This document shows, one piece after another, positions 28,479 to 38,932 of a DNA stretch of 64,000 bases. The notes beneath the pieces are model-generated. The model ran no database searches. It saw only the letters and a program-made list of their open reading frames with translations, and had not been told where the DNA came from. Made by a program: the position numbers and the translations under genes. The DNA lies in NCBI GenBank assembly GCA_963737655.1, contig CAVTTN010000002.1, positions 3,232,001 to 3,296,000 on the forward strand, given 5' to 3'. Source of the stretch: an uncultured Planctomycetota bacterium (lineage in GTDB: Bacteria > Planctomycetota > Planctomycetia > Isosphaerales > Isosphaeraceae). How positions within the stretch are numbered: position 1 is the first letter of the stretch; each line of letters starts with the position of its first letter.

Positions 28479-30685
28479 TCAAGACGTCGGGTGCCCGGAA
28501 GGGACGGCGATCGCGGGCGACGAACGGCGATGAATCCGGCGATGGAGCGCGGCCCGAGGCTTCGCGATCGTCCTCGGCGGAGCGATCTGGGCGTCGGCCG
28601 GAGGCGCGGAGACCTCGGCGAATCGAACGACCGGAGTCGGCAGGTTCGGCACCGGCTGAGGGCCGGAAACCGGCCGGTCGTCGGCGGCGGGAACTCCGAA
28701 CGCGAAGACCCGGGCCGTGCCTCCCGAGAGCGATTCGTAATGGACGGCCGACTCGGGATCGAAGACCGCGACGTCCGCCGTGCCGTCGCCGTCGAAATCC
28801 CCGACGATCGGCCTCCCCTGCCCGTTCGGGATGCCGAAGGGATAACGCTTCGCGCCTCCGCCGCTATAGGCGATGTAGAAGACCGAGCCGAGAGGGTCGT
28901 ACACGGCGGTGTCGGTCTTGCCGTCGCCGTCGAAGTCCCCCGCGACGGGCAACCCTCGGCCGTTGGGCACTCCGAACTGAAAAACCTTCGCCCCTCCGCC
29001 GGAGAACGACTCGAAGAAGGTGGCCGAGGGCGGGTCGAACACGGCGATGTCGGTCTTGCCGTCGCCGTCGAAATCGCCGGGGACGGGGATGTCCCGGCCA
29101 TTGGGGATGCCGAAGGCCATGACCTTCGCGCCCCCTCCGCTATAGGAGATGTAGAAGGTGGCCGAGGGCGGGTCATAGACGGCGATGTCGGTCTTGCCGT
29201 CGCCGTCGAAGTCGCCCGCGATCGGCAGGTCCTGGCCGTTGGGGACGCCGAACCGGAAGACCCGGCGCCTCCCCCCGACTCCGAGATGAAGAAGGTGGCG
29301 CTGGCCGGGTCGAACACGGCGACGTCGGTCTTGCCGTCGCCGTCGTAATCGCCGGCGATCGGGTCATCGCCGGCCCCCGGGATGCCGAAGGGCATGACCT
29401 TCGCGCCTCCCCCCGAATACGAGATGTAGAAGGTGGCGCTGGCCGGGTCATACACGGCCACGTCGGTCTTGCCGTCGCCGTCGAAATCCGCGTTCGAGGC
29501 CGAGGCGAGATGGGTCGGCTCCATCAACTGGATGCGGGTCGCGGCCGGGCTGCCGAAGGCGACCCCCTGGGGATTGGTCAGGGCGACGGTGAAGCTCGGA
29601 TTGTTCGAAAGGACCGAGCGGGCCAGGGTGGCGACGAAGATCGTGGCGGTCGTCTGGCCGGCAGCGAAGGCCAGGGTGCCGGAGATCGGGACGTAGTCGG
29701 TGCCGGCCACGGCCGAGCCATCCGAGGTGGAATACGCGACGGTGGCGGGGGCCGAGAGGTCCCCTTCCCGGTCCACGGTGATCGAGGCGAGCGAGCCGGC
29801 CGAGACCTGCGTCTGGGCCGCGTCGAACCGGACGTCATTGCCCGCCTGGACCTGCCAGCCGAGGTCCTGAAGGGCGGCGAGATCCAGGGGAGTGAAGGTC
29901 TTGCGGGTGCCGTCCGTGATGACCGGGTCCATCAGCACCTCCTGGCCTCCGGAGGTCAGCCCCTCGGCCCAGTGGGCGAGTCCGGGGTCGAGCGGGACGG
30001 GCCCCCCGTAAACCGCGGTCGAGGCCGGGCCGACGAAGCTGGTGCCGACGATCGATCGGCTCCAGGATGTGGGACTGGTCCCCAGCTCGCCGATCCCCAG
30101 GACATGGCCGAGCTCGTGCTCGGCCACGGAGAGGAAATCGACCTGATTCGGGCCGATCCCGGAGCTGTCCTGACCGAAATAGAAGCTGGTGTGGGCGGAG
30201 GTGTCGAAGGTGATCGCGCCGCCCCAGAACCCGACGTCGGTGGGGACCGGCAACAGCGCTCCGGCCTGCCCTCGCGAGGCCACCAGGTTCAACCAGGCCT
30301 GGTCGCCCTGGGCCGAATAGCCTCCCGGGCCGCCCTCGCCGGCCTCGGTCCCTCCGATCGGCCGCCCTCCGACGTAGACGACCAGCGTATTGGCCGGGAT
30401 GCTCGGGTTGGCGATGTCGCGAGTCCCGCCGGTGGCGGGGTCGGAGATCACGGCCGTCCAGGTGTCGGACCCGATGGGGACGATCGGCAGGAGGGTATCG
30501 CCCAGGCGGCCGGCGATGGTGTCGGCGGCCTCCTGCATCAGGTTCCGCTTGGCCTGGGTGTTGAAGAAGTTGCGGGCGTCGAGGTCGTAGTCGATCTGGA
30601 TCGTCACGGTCAGGAGGTCGCGGGTTTCGAGCGCCTCGGGGCGGTCGGGCCGACGGATGCGCCGGGTTCGGACGCGAGGAGACAT
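28479..30685 (-). CDS. Exported metallopeptidase (HELGH) with Calx-beta domain and six FG-GAP/VCBS-like repeats; 1-bp frameshift near 29264
   Basis: N-terminal PEALETRDLL export motif, HELGHVLG, AHW...LMDP, TSDGSAVAGTDY...GTLAFAAG, six DFDGDGKTD repeats. Confidence 0.85.
28760..29490 (-). repeat. Six intragenic 138-bp repeats encoding D(F/Y)DGDGKTDxAV(Y/F)DP
   Basis: GCCGTCGCCGTCG anchors at 28782, 28920, 29058, 29196, 29333 and 29471. Confidence 0.92.
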
Positions 30686-30972
30686 CGGGGAAGACCTCCG
30701 GGGAGCGGCGTCGTCTCCCGGGCGGCTCACGAGTCGCCCGGATGGTCTCGGGACCCGCGCGGAGGGTTTCCGAGTCCTTCCATGGTGGCCGATCCGGCAG
30801 ACGTCGGCAAGGCGCGATCCGGCCGATCGGCCGGGTTGGCGGAGGGCCCGGGGGTTTGCTCGGCCCCGGCTCCTCGCTGGTGGGGTTGGGGCCGATCGGT
30901 TACGATCCTGGCGAAGCGGGCTGCTCGACTTTCGACCCTCCAAACTCTCCCTCTCGCGCTGGACCGACCCCG

Positions 30973-32787
30973 ATGACCGGACCGGATTCCCCCCCTCGTC
31001 GGGCGATTCGCCTCGCGACCCTGGCCCCCCCGGCCCTCGCGATGCTAGCCGGGCTGTTCGTGGCGATCCTGCCCCACCTGATGCAAGCGGCGAAGGTGGG
31101 CAGCCCGGCCTGGATCGCCGACCACGACGATCTGCTCTATCTGACCTACACCAGTCGGGCCTACGTCCATCACCCGGCCTCGCTGGACGACCCGATGGAC
31201 CCGGACTCGGGGATCTGCACGTATCCCTGGCTTCAGATGGGTCCGGCGGTCCTGACCGCCCGGGCCCTCGGCCTGGGCCCTCTCGGCGTCTCGATCGTCT
31301 GGCGAGCGTGGGGCGGCCTGGCGATGCCCTTGATGGCCTATTTCCTCCTGGAACAGGCGATGCGAGGCGCCCCGGGCCTGGCGGGCGAGGGTCGCCGATC
31401 GGTGCGTCGATGGGTGGCGGCGGGCCTGGCGGCCCTGACCGTGAGCGACCCGGGATTCGTCGGGGGCCAGCCCTGGTTTCGACAGGCTCAGATCACGGCC
31501 CAGGTCCTCTCCGGGCGGATTCCGGCCGACTTGCTGGACAACCGGCCGCAGATCCATCGCGAATGGCGGGTCATCACCCCGGCGATCAGCCTGCCGTTCC
31601 TCCTGGCCTTCGCCTGGCTGCTGAGCCGGGCCCGAGAGGCCCCGTCTCGGGGGCGGATCGTGGCCTCGGGGATCGCTTATGGCCTGCTCTTTCACGTGTA
31701 TTTCTATTTCTGGACCGCCGCGACCGTGGCCCTCGGCCTGCTCGCCCTGGTGGACCGATCGAAGAGGCGGGTGGCGCTGGGGACCGGCGTCCTGGGCGGA
31801 CTGATCGGGCTCCCGGCCGTCCTGAGCGCCTCCCGGATCTCCGGGGCGATCGGCTCGGCGGGCGGCCCACGGTTCTCTCGCGATTGGCTGACCCGGACCG
31901 ATAAGTTCTTGCCGATCCCCCGGTTCTCCGAGCTCCTGCTGCCGAAGACGGCCTTGCTGGCCCTGTTCCTGGCGGGGGTGTGGGTGGTGCTTCGCCGCAG
32001 GGACCTCCTGCCCCTCCTCGTCGTGGCGGCGGCCGGGCTGATCCTGGCGAACCAGCAGGTGGTCAGCGGCCTTCAGATCGAGAATTTCCATTGGGGCTAC
32101 GTGTGGGGACCGTTCACGTATCTGCTCCTCCTGGCGATGTGGATCGGCCCCGGGGCCGGGCGGCTCGCAAGGTCTCGGGCGGGCGCCGCGGCCCTGGTCG
32201 CCGCGAGCTTGGCGGTCTATGTCGATGGCGTGTGGCTTCGGGTCGTCGAGGTCCAGAGGACGGCCGAAACTCGGTCGATCCAGGCGGATCTTCAGCACTT
32301 CCGACGGCTCCTGGCCAGTCCCGAGGGTTCGGCCCTGGCCCCTCAAGCGGTCGTGGCCGGGGAGCGGGAATTCCTCGAACTGGCGCCGATCCTCGCCGAC
32401 CTCCGCCCTCTCGACCACTATTCCGCCATGTTCAGCCCGTCGATCGACGAGCCTCATCGCGAGGAGAGGCTGGACCTCAACGCGATGCTCTCGGGCGAGT
32501 CGCGAGAGGCCCTGATGGAGCGATCGAGTCGCCAGATCCTCCTGAGCGGGTGGGGACCGTGGGCGCGATCGACCCTGGAACGCGATCGAAAGCTGGCTCG
32601 GATGGGGGCGACCTACGACCGGATCGCGGCCGATCTCCCTGAGCAGATCGCCAGCCACCGGGTCCGCTACCTCGCCCTTCGCGCGGGATCTCCCCGCCCG
32701 AGCCTCCCCGGCCGATGGATGCCTCGATCGCTGGGCCCCCGATGGGACGTGTACGAACGGACGAGCGGAGACACCGATGGACGGTGA
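30973..32787 (+). CDS. Polytopic membrane protein, possibly GT-C-like
   Basis: About 11 TM segments; acidic DHDD motif after TM1; HVYFYFW; overlaps the gpsA start. Confidence 0.7.
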   Translation: MTGPDSPPRRAIRLATLAPPALAMLAGLFVAILPHLMQAAKVGSPAWIADHDDLLYLTYTSRAYVHHPASLDDPMDPDSGICTYPWLQMGPAVLTARALGLGPLGVSIVWRAWGGLAMPLMAYFLLEQAMRGAPGLAGEGRRSVRRWVAAGLAALTVSDPGFVGGQPWFRQAQITAQVLSGRIPADLLDNRPQIHREWRVITPAISLPFLLAFAWLLSRAREAPSRGRIVASGIAYGLLFHVYFYFWTAATVALGLLALVDRSKRRVALGTGVLGGLIGLPAVLSASRISGAIGSAGGPRFSRDWLTRTDKFLPIPRFSELLLPKTALLALFLAGVWVVLRRRDLLPLLVVAAAGLILANQQVVSGLQIENFHWGYVWGPFTYLLLLAMWIGPGAGRLARSRAGAAALVAASLAVYVDGVWLRVVEVQRTAETRSIQADLQHFRRLLASPEGSALAPQAVVAGEREFLELAPILADLRPLDHYSAMFSPSIDEPHREERLDLNAMLSGESREALMERSSRQILLSGWGPWARSTLERDRKLARMGATYDRIAADLPEQIASHRVRYLALRAGSPRPSLPGRWMPRSLGPRWDVYERTSGDTDGR

Positions 32788-33796
32788 GACGGCCGGTCCG
32801 CCCCGGCGAGTCGCGATCCTGGGCGCCGGGGGGATGGGGACCGCCCTGGCGCTGCTCTTCGCCGGCTCGGCCGAGTCCGTCCGGCTCTGGTCCCGATCCG
32901 CCGAGAGGGCGGAGGCGATGCGAGCGACCCGCCGCAACGCCCTTCACCTGCCCGAGGCCGTCCTTCCCGGGAATGTCCGGCCGACCGGAGACCCGTTCGA
33001 GGCGGTCGCAGGGGCCGACTTGCTCGTGGCGGCGATCCCGACCGCGTTCCTCCGCCAGACCCTCGCCGCGATCGCGCCGGCCGTCCCGGCGGGCCTGCCG
33101 ATCCTGTCGGCCGTCAAGGGGATCGAGATCGCCACGTTCGCCCGGCCGACGGAGATCCTCGCCGAGATACTGGGGCCACGATCCTCGGCCGTCCTGAGCG
33201 GGCCCAGCCACGCGGAGGAGATCGCCCGGGGGCTGCCGGCGTCGGTCGTCGTCGCGGGCGAGGACGAAGCGTTGAATGCGGCGGTCCAGGACGCCCTGAA
33301 TGGCCCGGCCTTCCGCGTGTACACCAATTCGGACCTGCTCGGCGTCGAGCTGGCCGGCGCCCTGAAGAACATCCTGGGAGTCGCGGCGGGGATTTGCGAC
33401 GGGCTGGGATTCGGCGATAATGCCAAGGCGGCCCTGTTGACTCGCGGTCTGATCGAGATCGCGCGATTCGCCTGCGATCACGGGGCCCGCCCGGCCACGT
33501 TCCTCGGTCTGGCGGGCGTGGGCGACGTGATCACCACCTGCTACAGTCCCTTCGGCCGAAACCGCGCCGTGGGGATCAAGGTCGGCCGGGGGGCGACGCT
33601 CGCCGAGGCGCTCGCCGGGATGACCGCGGTGGCCGAAGGGGTGACCACGACCCGGAGCGTCCACGATCGGGCGGCCCTCCGGGGGATCGACATGCCAATC
33701 ACCGCGGAAGTCTATAGAATCCTCTACGAAGACAAGCCGCCGAGGGCGGCCGTCACCGACCTGATGCAGAGGCTCCCGAAGGTCGAATGGACCTGA
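32777..33796 (+). CDS. gpsA: NAD(P)H-dependent glycerol-3-phosphate dehydrogenase
   Basis: GAGGMGTA, KGIE, LSGPSHAEE, GALKN, GDNAKAA, GLAGVGD, RNR, AEG. Confidence 0.96.
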   Translation: MDGETAGPPRRVAILGAGGMGTALALLFAGSAESVRLWSRSAERAEAMRATRRNALHLPEAVLPGNVRPTGDPFEAVAGADLLVAAIPTAFLRQTLAAIAPAVPAGLPILSAVKGIEIATFARPTEILAEILGPRSSAVLSGPSHAEEIARGLPASVVVAGEDEALNAAVQDALNGPAFRVYTNSDLLGVELAGALKNILGVAAGICDGLGFGDNAKAALLTRGLIEIARFACDHGARPATFLGLAGVGDVITTCYSPFGRNRAVGIKVGRGATLAEALAGMTAVAEGVTTTRSVHDRAALRGIDMPITAEVYRILYEDKPPRAAVTDLMQRLPKVEWT

Positions 33797-34368
33797 CCGA
33801 CTCGATCGCCCTCGACGCGTCCTCCGTCGCCTTCAAGGAATGGGCCGGCGTGTGCGAGGCCGTCGGCTCCGGCCGGCAAACGCTCCTGTTCCGCAAGGGG
33901 GGGATCGCCGAGGAATCCGGCCGGTTCCGACCCGAACATCCGGCGTTCTGGCTCTATCCCACCGCCGTCCACCAGGCCGAACAGGGCCTCCGAGAGGGGT
34001 TCGACCGGATCGACCCCGCCGGGCAGGCCGGCTCCATCGACCTGACCGCGTTCGTCGTGGTCTCGTCGATCCGATTCGTGGAGAGCGAGGCCACGCTCCG
34101 GGCCCTGGAACCGTTCCACGTCTGGGATGCCTCGACCGTCTCGAAGAAGTTCGGGTATCGGCGGCCGGGGCTGTGGGTCCTGGGCGTCCGGGCGTATCGC
34201 CAGTCCCCTCCCCGGCGGGTGGCGGTCCGCCCGGAGTTCGCCGGGTGCAAGACGTGGGTCAACCTCGGAGATTCGCTGGCGACGGCCGGCCTGGTTCCGG
34301 TCCTGGGCGACGCCGAGGCGGCCCATCGGGAGGCGGCGATGGCCTCGGCCCTCGGCCGGACGGCATGA
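33787..34368 (+). CDS. DUF1802 family protein
   Basis: AFKEW, GRQTLLFRKGGI.E, FWLYPT..HQ, GCKTWV. Confidence 0.88.
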   Translation: MDLTDSIALDASSVAFKEWAGVCEAVGSGRQTLLFRKGGIAEESGRFRPEHPAFWLYPTAVHQAEQGLREGFDRIDPAGQAGSIDLTAFVVVSSIRFVESEATLRALEPFHVWDASTVSKKFGYRRPGLWVLGVRAYRQSPPRRVAVRPEFAGCKTWVNLGDSLATAGLVPVLGDAEAAHREAAMASALGRTA

Positions 34369-35543
34369 GCGACCTCCTCGAAGACGCCCGGGAGAACCCC
34401 ACGACTTACGGTCTCGGCGCCCTGTGGGTGGCGGTTTACCTCGCGATGATCGTCCATCAAGGGGCGTTCCCGATCCCGTCGTGGCGTCAGGCCCTGGCCG
34501 GCTGGCCCGTGATGACGATCGGCTCGGTCTCCGTCCCCACCGCCCGCCTCTTCGGCGACCTCAACCCGGTGGACCTCCGCGCCGGCGAGGGCTGGCGAGT
34601 GCTGACCGCGACCTTCATTCACTTCAGCCTGCTGCACCTGCTCTGCAACCTCGTGGCCCTGATCCGGCTGGGCGGGCTGGTGGAAAGCTGGTACGGCCGC
34701 GGACCGTTCCTGCTCGTTTACCTCGGCCTCGGGGCGGCCGGCAATGGCCTTTCCCTGGTGGGACGGAGGCTCCTGGGCGCCTCGGAGATGTTCCAGAGCG
34801 CGGGGGGATCGACGGTCCTGTTCGGCCTGGTGGCGCTGATCGGGGTGGTCGGCTGGCGGTCTCGGACGCGGTTCGGCGCCTACGTGGCGAAGGAAATGGG
34901 GATGGTCCTCCTGCTCTTCGGGGTCATCATGGGGCTGATCGCCCACGGCTACCTCGACAACTACGCCCACGGAGGGGGCACGATCGCCGGGGCGGCGGGT
35001 GCTCTCCTCCATCGTCGGCTGGTTCGGCGGGCGGATTCGAAGCCGGGGCGGCTCGCCGGGGGGATCGGCCTGGCGATCCTGACGGCCTCCGCGCTGCTCC
35101 AGGGAAGCTCGGCCCGGGCCGAGGCCGACGCCTTGGCCCGGCTCCGCGACGATCTGGCGAGGCGCGCGCGGATCTATCAAGAACTCAGGGAAACCTCGCT
35201 GGAGTTCGAGGAGATCCTGCGATTCTGGATGGGCCGAGGGCCCTATCGGACCGACCGGACCGAGCCGATCCGCGCCGACCTCGCCCGACGGCTCGACGCC
35301 CTCGACCGCGACCTCGGCGGAGCCGCCCCGGGCGAGGAGACGGCGGCCTTCGAGGCGTGGAGGCGGACCCTCCGAGGCGCGACTCGGGGACGATTCGTCA
35401 GCGATGACCTTCGCCACGTCGCCGAGGTCTACGATCGCCTCGCCCAGGGTGCCAGCAAGGATTTATTCCAGGCCGGAGACCGGCTCCGGGCCGCCGAGTC
35501 CGGCCGAGCCGTCCTCCAACCAGCGAAGCTCAAGGGCCGGTGA
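34365..35543 (+). CDS. Rhomboid family intramembrane serine protease
   Basis: WRVLTATFIHFSLLHLLCN, E..YG, AGGS (catalytic Ser), NYAHGGG; ATGA overlap with the upstream gene. Confidence 0.88.
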   Translation: MSDLLEDARENPTTYGLGALWVAVYLAMIVHQGAFPIPSWRQALAGWPVMTIGSVSVPTARLFGDLNPVDLRAGEGWRVLTATFIHFSLLHLLCNLVALIRLGGLVESWYGRGPFLLVYLGLGAAGNGLSLVGRRLLGASEMFQSAGGSTVLFGLVALIGVVGWRSRTRFGAYVAKEMGMVLLLFGVIMGLIAHGYLDNYAHGGGTIAGAAGALLHRRLVRRADSKPGRLAGGIGLAILTASALLQGSSARAEADALARLRDDLARRARIYQELRETSLEFEEILRFWMGRGPYRTDRTEPIRADLARRLDALDRDLGGAAPGEETAAFEAWRRTLRGATRGRFVSDDLRHVAEVYDRLAQGASKDLFQAGDRLRAAESGRAVLQPAKLKGR

Positions 35544-35580
35544 GCCGGCCCCTCGCTCCCGGGAACCCGGCGATCGCGGG

Positions 35581-37116
35581 TCAGCCCCCGGCGAGCTCGG
35601 CCATCTTGCGGAACGTCCCCTTGAGGTCCTGATAGACCTGGCGGTAGATCGGATAGAGCCGATCGTAGATCGCCTTCGACTCCGGGACCATCGCCGTGGT
35701 CTCGACGACCTGGATCGTGGCGTCGCACGCTTCCGCGACGGTCGAAAACCCGCCGGTCCCCACCTGGGCGAGCAACGCCACGCCGAACGCGGGCCCCTCG
35801 CTCGCGTTGATCGTGACCACGTCCTGGCCATAGATATCGGCCTGGATCTGCTTCCACAGGGGATTGCGGGCGCCACCGCCCGAGAGCCGGATCTGCGACA
35901 GATCGACGCCCATCTCGCGGACGAGCTCCAGGCAGTCCCTCATCGCGAACGTGGCCCCTTCGAGGACCGAGCGGATCAGGTGCTCCCGGCCGTGGCGGAC
36001 GGTCAGGCCGACCCATCCACCCCGGGCGAACGGGTCGAAATGCGGCGTCCGCTCGCCGGTCAAGTACGGCAGGAACACCAGCCCTTCGCAGCCCGGACCG
36101 GCGAGCGCGGCCTCATCGGTCAGGAGGTTGTACGGGTCGGTGTGGCGGGCCTTGGCGGCCTCGATTTCCAGGTCGCCGAGCTCATTGCGGAGCCACTGGA
36201 AGCTGCCCCCGGCCGCCAGGACCACGCCGAACGCGCACGATTCGCCGGGGACCGCATGGCAGAAGCGCTGGAGCCTTCCCAGGGGGTCGAACCCCGACTC
36301 GGCCGTGTGGGCGAAGATCACGCCCGAGGTCCCCATCGTCGCCGAGACCACCCCGGGCCGGACGATCCCGTTGCCCACGGCGCCGGCCTGCTGGTCGCCT
36401 CCTCCGCCGACGATCGGCGTGCCGACCGCCAGGCCTGTGGCCTCCGAGCCGATCGAGGAGACGACCGACGACGTATGAGGGCTCTCGAAGCACTCGGGCA
36501 GCAAGCTCGGGTCGAGGTCGAGCTTGTCGAGCAATTCCCGGCTCCATCGCCGGTTGGCCACGTCCAGGAGGAGCGTGCCCGAGGCGTCGCTGACCTCCGT
36601 GGCATAGGTCCCGCTCAGGCGATAGCGGATGTAATCCTTCGGCAGGAGGACCTGGCGGACCTTCTCCCAGGACTTCGGCTCATTCTCGCGGACCCAGAGG
36701 ATCTTGGGCGCGGTGAACCCGGTGAGCGCGGGGTTGCGGACCATCCGGATCAGGGCCTCGCGGCCCCCGGCCTTCTCCTCGATCTCGGCGCACTGGGCGG
36801 AGGTCCTCTGGTCGTTCCAGAGCAGGGCGGGGCGGATCACGTGGCCGTCGGCGTCGAGGAAGACCGAGCCGTGCATCTGCCCGCTGAGGCCCACGCCGGT
36901 CACTTCCGCCGGCTTCAGCTCGGCCGAGGCCAGGACGTCTCGGATCGTGGCGACCGTCGCGGCCCACCACAGGTCCGGGTCCTGCTCCGACCAGCCCGGC
37001 CGGGGGTGCGAACACGGATAGGACGACGACGCCGAGGCGAGGATCTTGCCCGTCTCGTCGATCGCCAGCGTCTTCGTCCCCGACGTCCCGATATCGATCC
37101 CCAGCGTCACGCCCAC
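35581..37116 (-). CDS. xylB: Xylulokinase
   Basis: [43 protein letters not shown]. Confidence 0.95.
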   Translation of the reverse strand: MGVTLGIDIGTSGTKTLAIDETGKILASASSSYPCSHPRPGWSEQDPDLWWAATVATIRDVLASAELKPAEVTGVGLSGQMHGSVFLDADGHVIRPALLWNDQRTSAQCAEIEEKAGGREALIRMVRNPALTGFTAPKILWVRENEPKSWEKVRQVLLPKDYIRYRLSGTYATEVSDASGTLLLDVANRRWSRELLDKLDLDPSLLPECFESPHTSSVVSSIGSEATGLAVGTPIVGGGGDQQAGAVGNGIVRPGVVSATMGTSGVIFAHTAESGFDPLGRLQRFCHAVPGESCAFGVVLAAGGSFQWLRNELGDLEIEAAKARHTDPYNLLTDEAALAGPGCEGLVFLPYLTGERTPHFDPFARGGWVGLTVRHGREHLIRSVLEGATFAMRDCLELVREMGVDLSQIRLSGGGARNPLWKQIQADIYGQDVVTINASEGPAFGVALLAQVGTGGFSTVAEACDATIQVVETTAMVPESKAIYDRLYPIYRQVYQDLKGTFRKMAELAGG

Positions 37117-37268
37117 GGCCTGGACCTCCCGGCATCCGATGACCGACCGCGACGAAACCCCGCGATCGACGAAAGCTTACCAGATCGGCCGGGCGGTTGC
37201 CCCGGGGTCGATCGCGAAACGGCGAAACTTGGCGGATCCACCGCCAGGAACGCCCTTTGATGGGGAAG

Positions 37269-37492
37269 GGAGATGAACCGCCAGGACGCCAAGGGCGCCA
37301 AGAGGAGAGGAGAAGAGGAGCGGAAAAGGAGGAGGAGTTCGAAACGCAGATTTCGCAGATTTCAACATGCGATTCGTTTTCAAATCCGCGAAATCTGCGT
37401 TTCGAATTTCTACCTCTTCAACTCTTCCTCCGCTCCTCTTCTCCTCTTCTCCTCTCCTCTTGGCGCCCTTGGCGTCCTGGCGGTTCATCTCC
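37269..37492. repeat. Nested palindrome: perfect 52-bp outer arms around an inner ACGCAGAT-type palindrome
   Basis: 37269-37320 is the exact reverse complement of 37441-37492. Inner TTCGAAACGCAGATTTCGCAGATTT / AAATCCGCGAAATCTGCGTTTCGAA at ~37338-37406. Confidence 0.95.
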
Positions 37493-37496
37493 TTCT

Positions 37497-38354
37497 TCAT
37501 CGGGCCGGAACGATCCACCGCTCCCCGCACCGAAGAACCTTAGCCGCCACCCCATCCGGGAGCCGCCGGGCTTCCGCCTCGAAGTCGCCCACCGGAGCGG
37601 TGTTGAAGGTGAACATGTCGAAGTGATGCGGGACGACGAACCTGGGGCGGATCGCGGAGGCGAAATCGACGGCCTCGGCCGCCGTCATGTTGCCGGGGAC
37701 TCCTCGCGACGGGTCCCGGCCATTGATCGGCAGGAACAGCACGTCGAACGGCTCGGGCCCGAGCCAACCGGCCAGGTCGTCGAACGGGACGGTGTCGCCC
37801 GAATGGTAGACTCGGAGTCCGTCGGCCTCGACGACGTAGCCGAGGTAGAGATTCCGCCCATGATCGTCGATGTCGAGCCCTTCATGGGCCGAGGGGACCG
37901 CCCGGACGAGGAACCCGGTCTGCGCGTGGAGGTCGCCGCTCTCCATCGCCAGAAGCCGCTCATGCTCGATCCCCATCGACCGGGCATGGTCGAATTGCGA
38001 GCACGGCACGATCAGGGTGGCGCCCTGCGAGCACGCCAGGAGGTCGGGCAACGTCCCGGGGTCCATGTGGTCGGAATGCTTGTGGCTGACGAGGATCAGG
38101 TCCACGCGCGGGAGGTCGGCCCCTCGCAGCGGAGCCTCGGTCATCCGAACGTGCGGCTTGTTCGTGTTTGCATACTTCGTTGTCAAATGTTCGGAGAGAT
38201 AAGGATCGAAGACCAGCATCCCGCGACGGGTCTTCAGGACATATCCGCTCTGCCCCAGCCACCAGACCGCGGCCGAGCCGGGTTCGGGGACTGTCGATGC
38301 GATCTCTTCGACGAGATCATGCCCGCTTCGGACGGGCCGGATGAGGTCGGTCAT
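37497..38354 (-). CDS. MBL-fold metallohydrolase (UlaG-like)
   Basis: WLGQSG, DPYLS, SHKHSDHMD, YHSGDT, LPING, GNM, PHHFDMF. Confidence 0.9.
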   Translation of the reverse strand: MTDLIRPVRSGHDLVEEIASTVPEPGSAAVWWLGQSGYVLKTRRGMLVFDPYLSEHLTTKYANTNKPHVRMTEAPLRGADLPRVDLILVSHKHSDHMDPGTLPDLLACSQGATLIVPCSQFDHARSMGIEHERLLAMESGDLHAQTGFLVRAVPSAHEGLDIDDHGRNLYLGYVVEADGLRVYHSGDTVPFDDLAGWLGPEPFDVLFLPINGRDPSRGVPGNMTAAEAVDFASAIRPRFVVPHHFDMFTFNTAPVGDFEAEARRLPDGVAAKVLRCGERWIVPAR

Positions 38355-38932
38355 GGCCCGGTCGCTCCTGCGGGCCTCCGGACCTTCCGTTCGAGGAACA
38401 GAGCCAGAAGTCCGCCGGTGATCCCGTGGGCAAAGATCGCCAGAGCGTGCCCGATCCGTTGAAATGTGTCCAGATCTAGATCAGGGGCAGGCGGCGGTGG
38501 AGCAGGCGGCGGTGCGGGCGCCGGTGCCGCGACGTCGGGTGCGATCAACGCCTCTCGATCGATCGACTCGACGGGAGGTGAAGACTGAGGTTGCGGATGG
38601 ATACGCTCATACAACGCGTCGAGGAGGTCCGTCGTGACCAGGTAGTGGGCGTGCCCGTACTCGGGATTCAGGGTGTAGTGGGGGTGACCGTACCAGGTCT
38701 GCAGCCCGAATGCGAGAAATGCATAACCCCCTCCCACAATCACGAAGCCTACCCAGAAGGTTCGCCCATAGCCGACGAATGCAGCGACAAGACCGAACAG
38801 TATCATGGTCATGGCGAGCGTGAAGAGCACGCTGAAGACCAGGTCCGATAGCGACCGCAACGCAGCCGCCGCGACACCGCACGCAGCAACCAGGACCATG
38901 AGACCACCGACCGTCAGGATCGCTTTCCTCAC
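38351..38932 (-). CDS. Hypothetical membrane protein (about 4 TM, Pro-rich loop)
   Basis: VRKAILTVGGLMVLVAACG...FWVGF...FQRIGH; 4-bp overlaps with both neighbours. Confidence 0.72.
   Translation of the reverse strand: MRKAILTVGGLMVLVAACGVAAAALRSLSDLVFSVLFTLAMTMILFGLVAAFVGYGRTFWVGFVIVGGGYAFLAFGLQTWYGHPHYTLNPEYGHAHYLVTTDLLDALYERIHPQPQSSPPVESIDREALIAPDVAAPAPAPPPAPPPPAPDLDLDTFQRIGHALAIFAHGITGGLLALFLERKVRRPAGATGP

Noticed and set aside
37177..37626. Mirror-image ORFs beginning MNRQDAKGAK on both strands
   Set aside because: A by-product of the 52-bp inverted repeat; no independent coding evidence.
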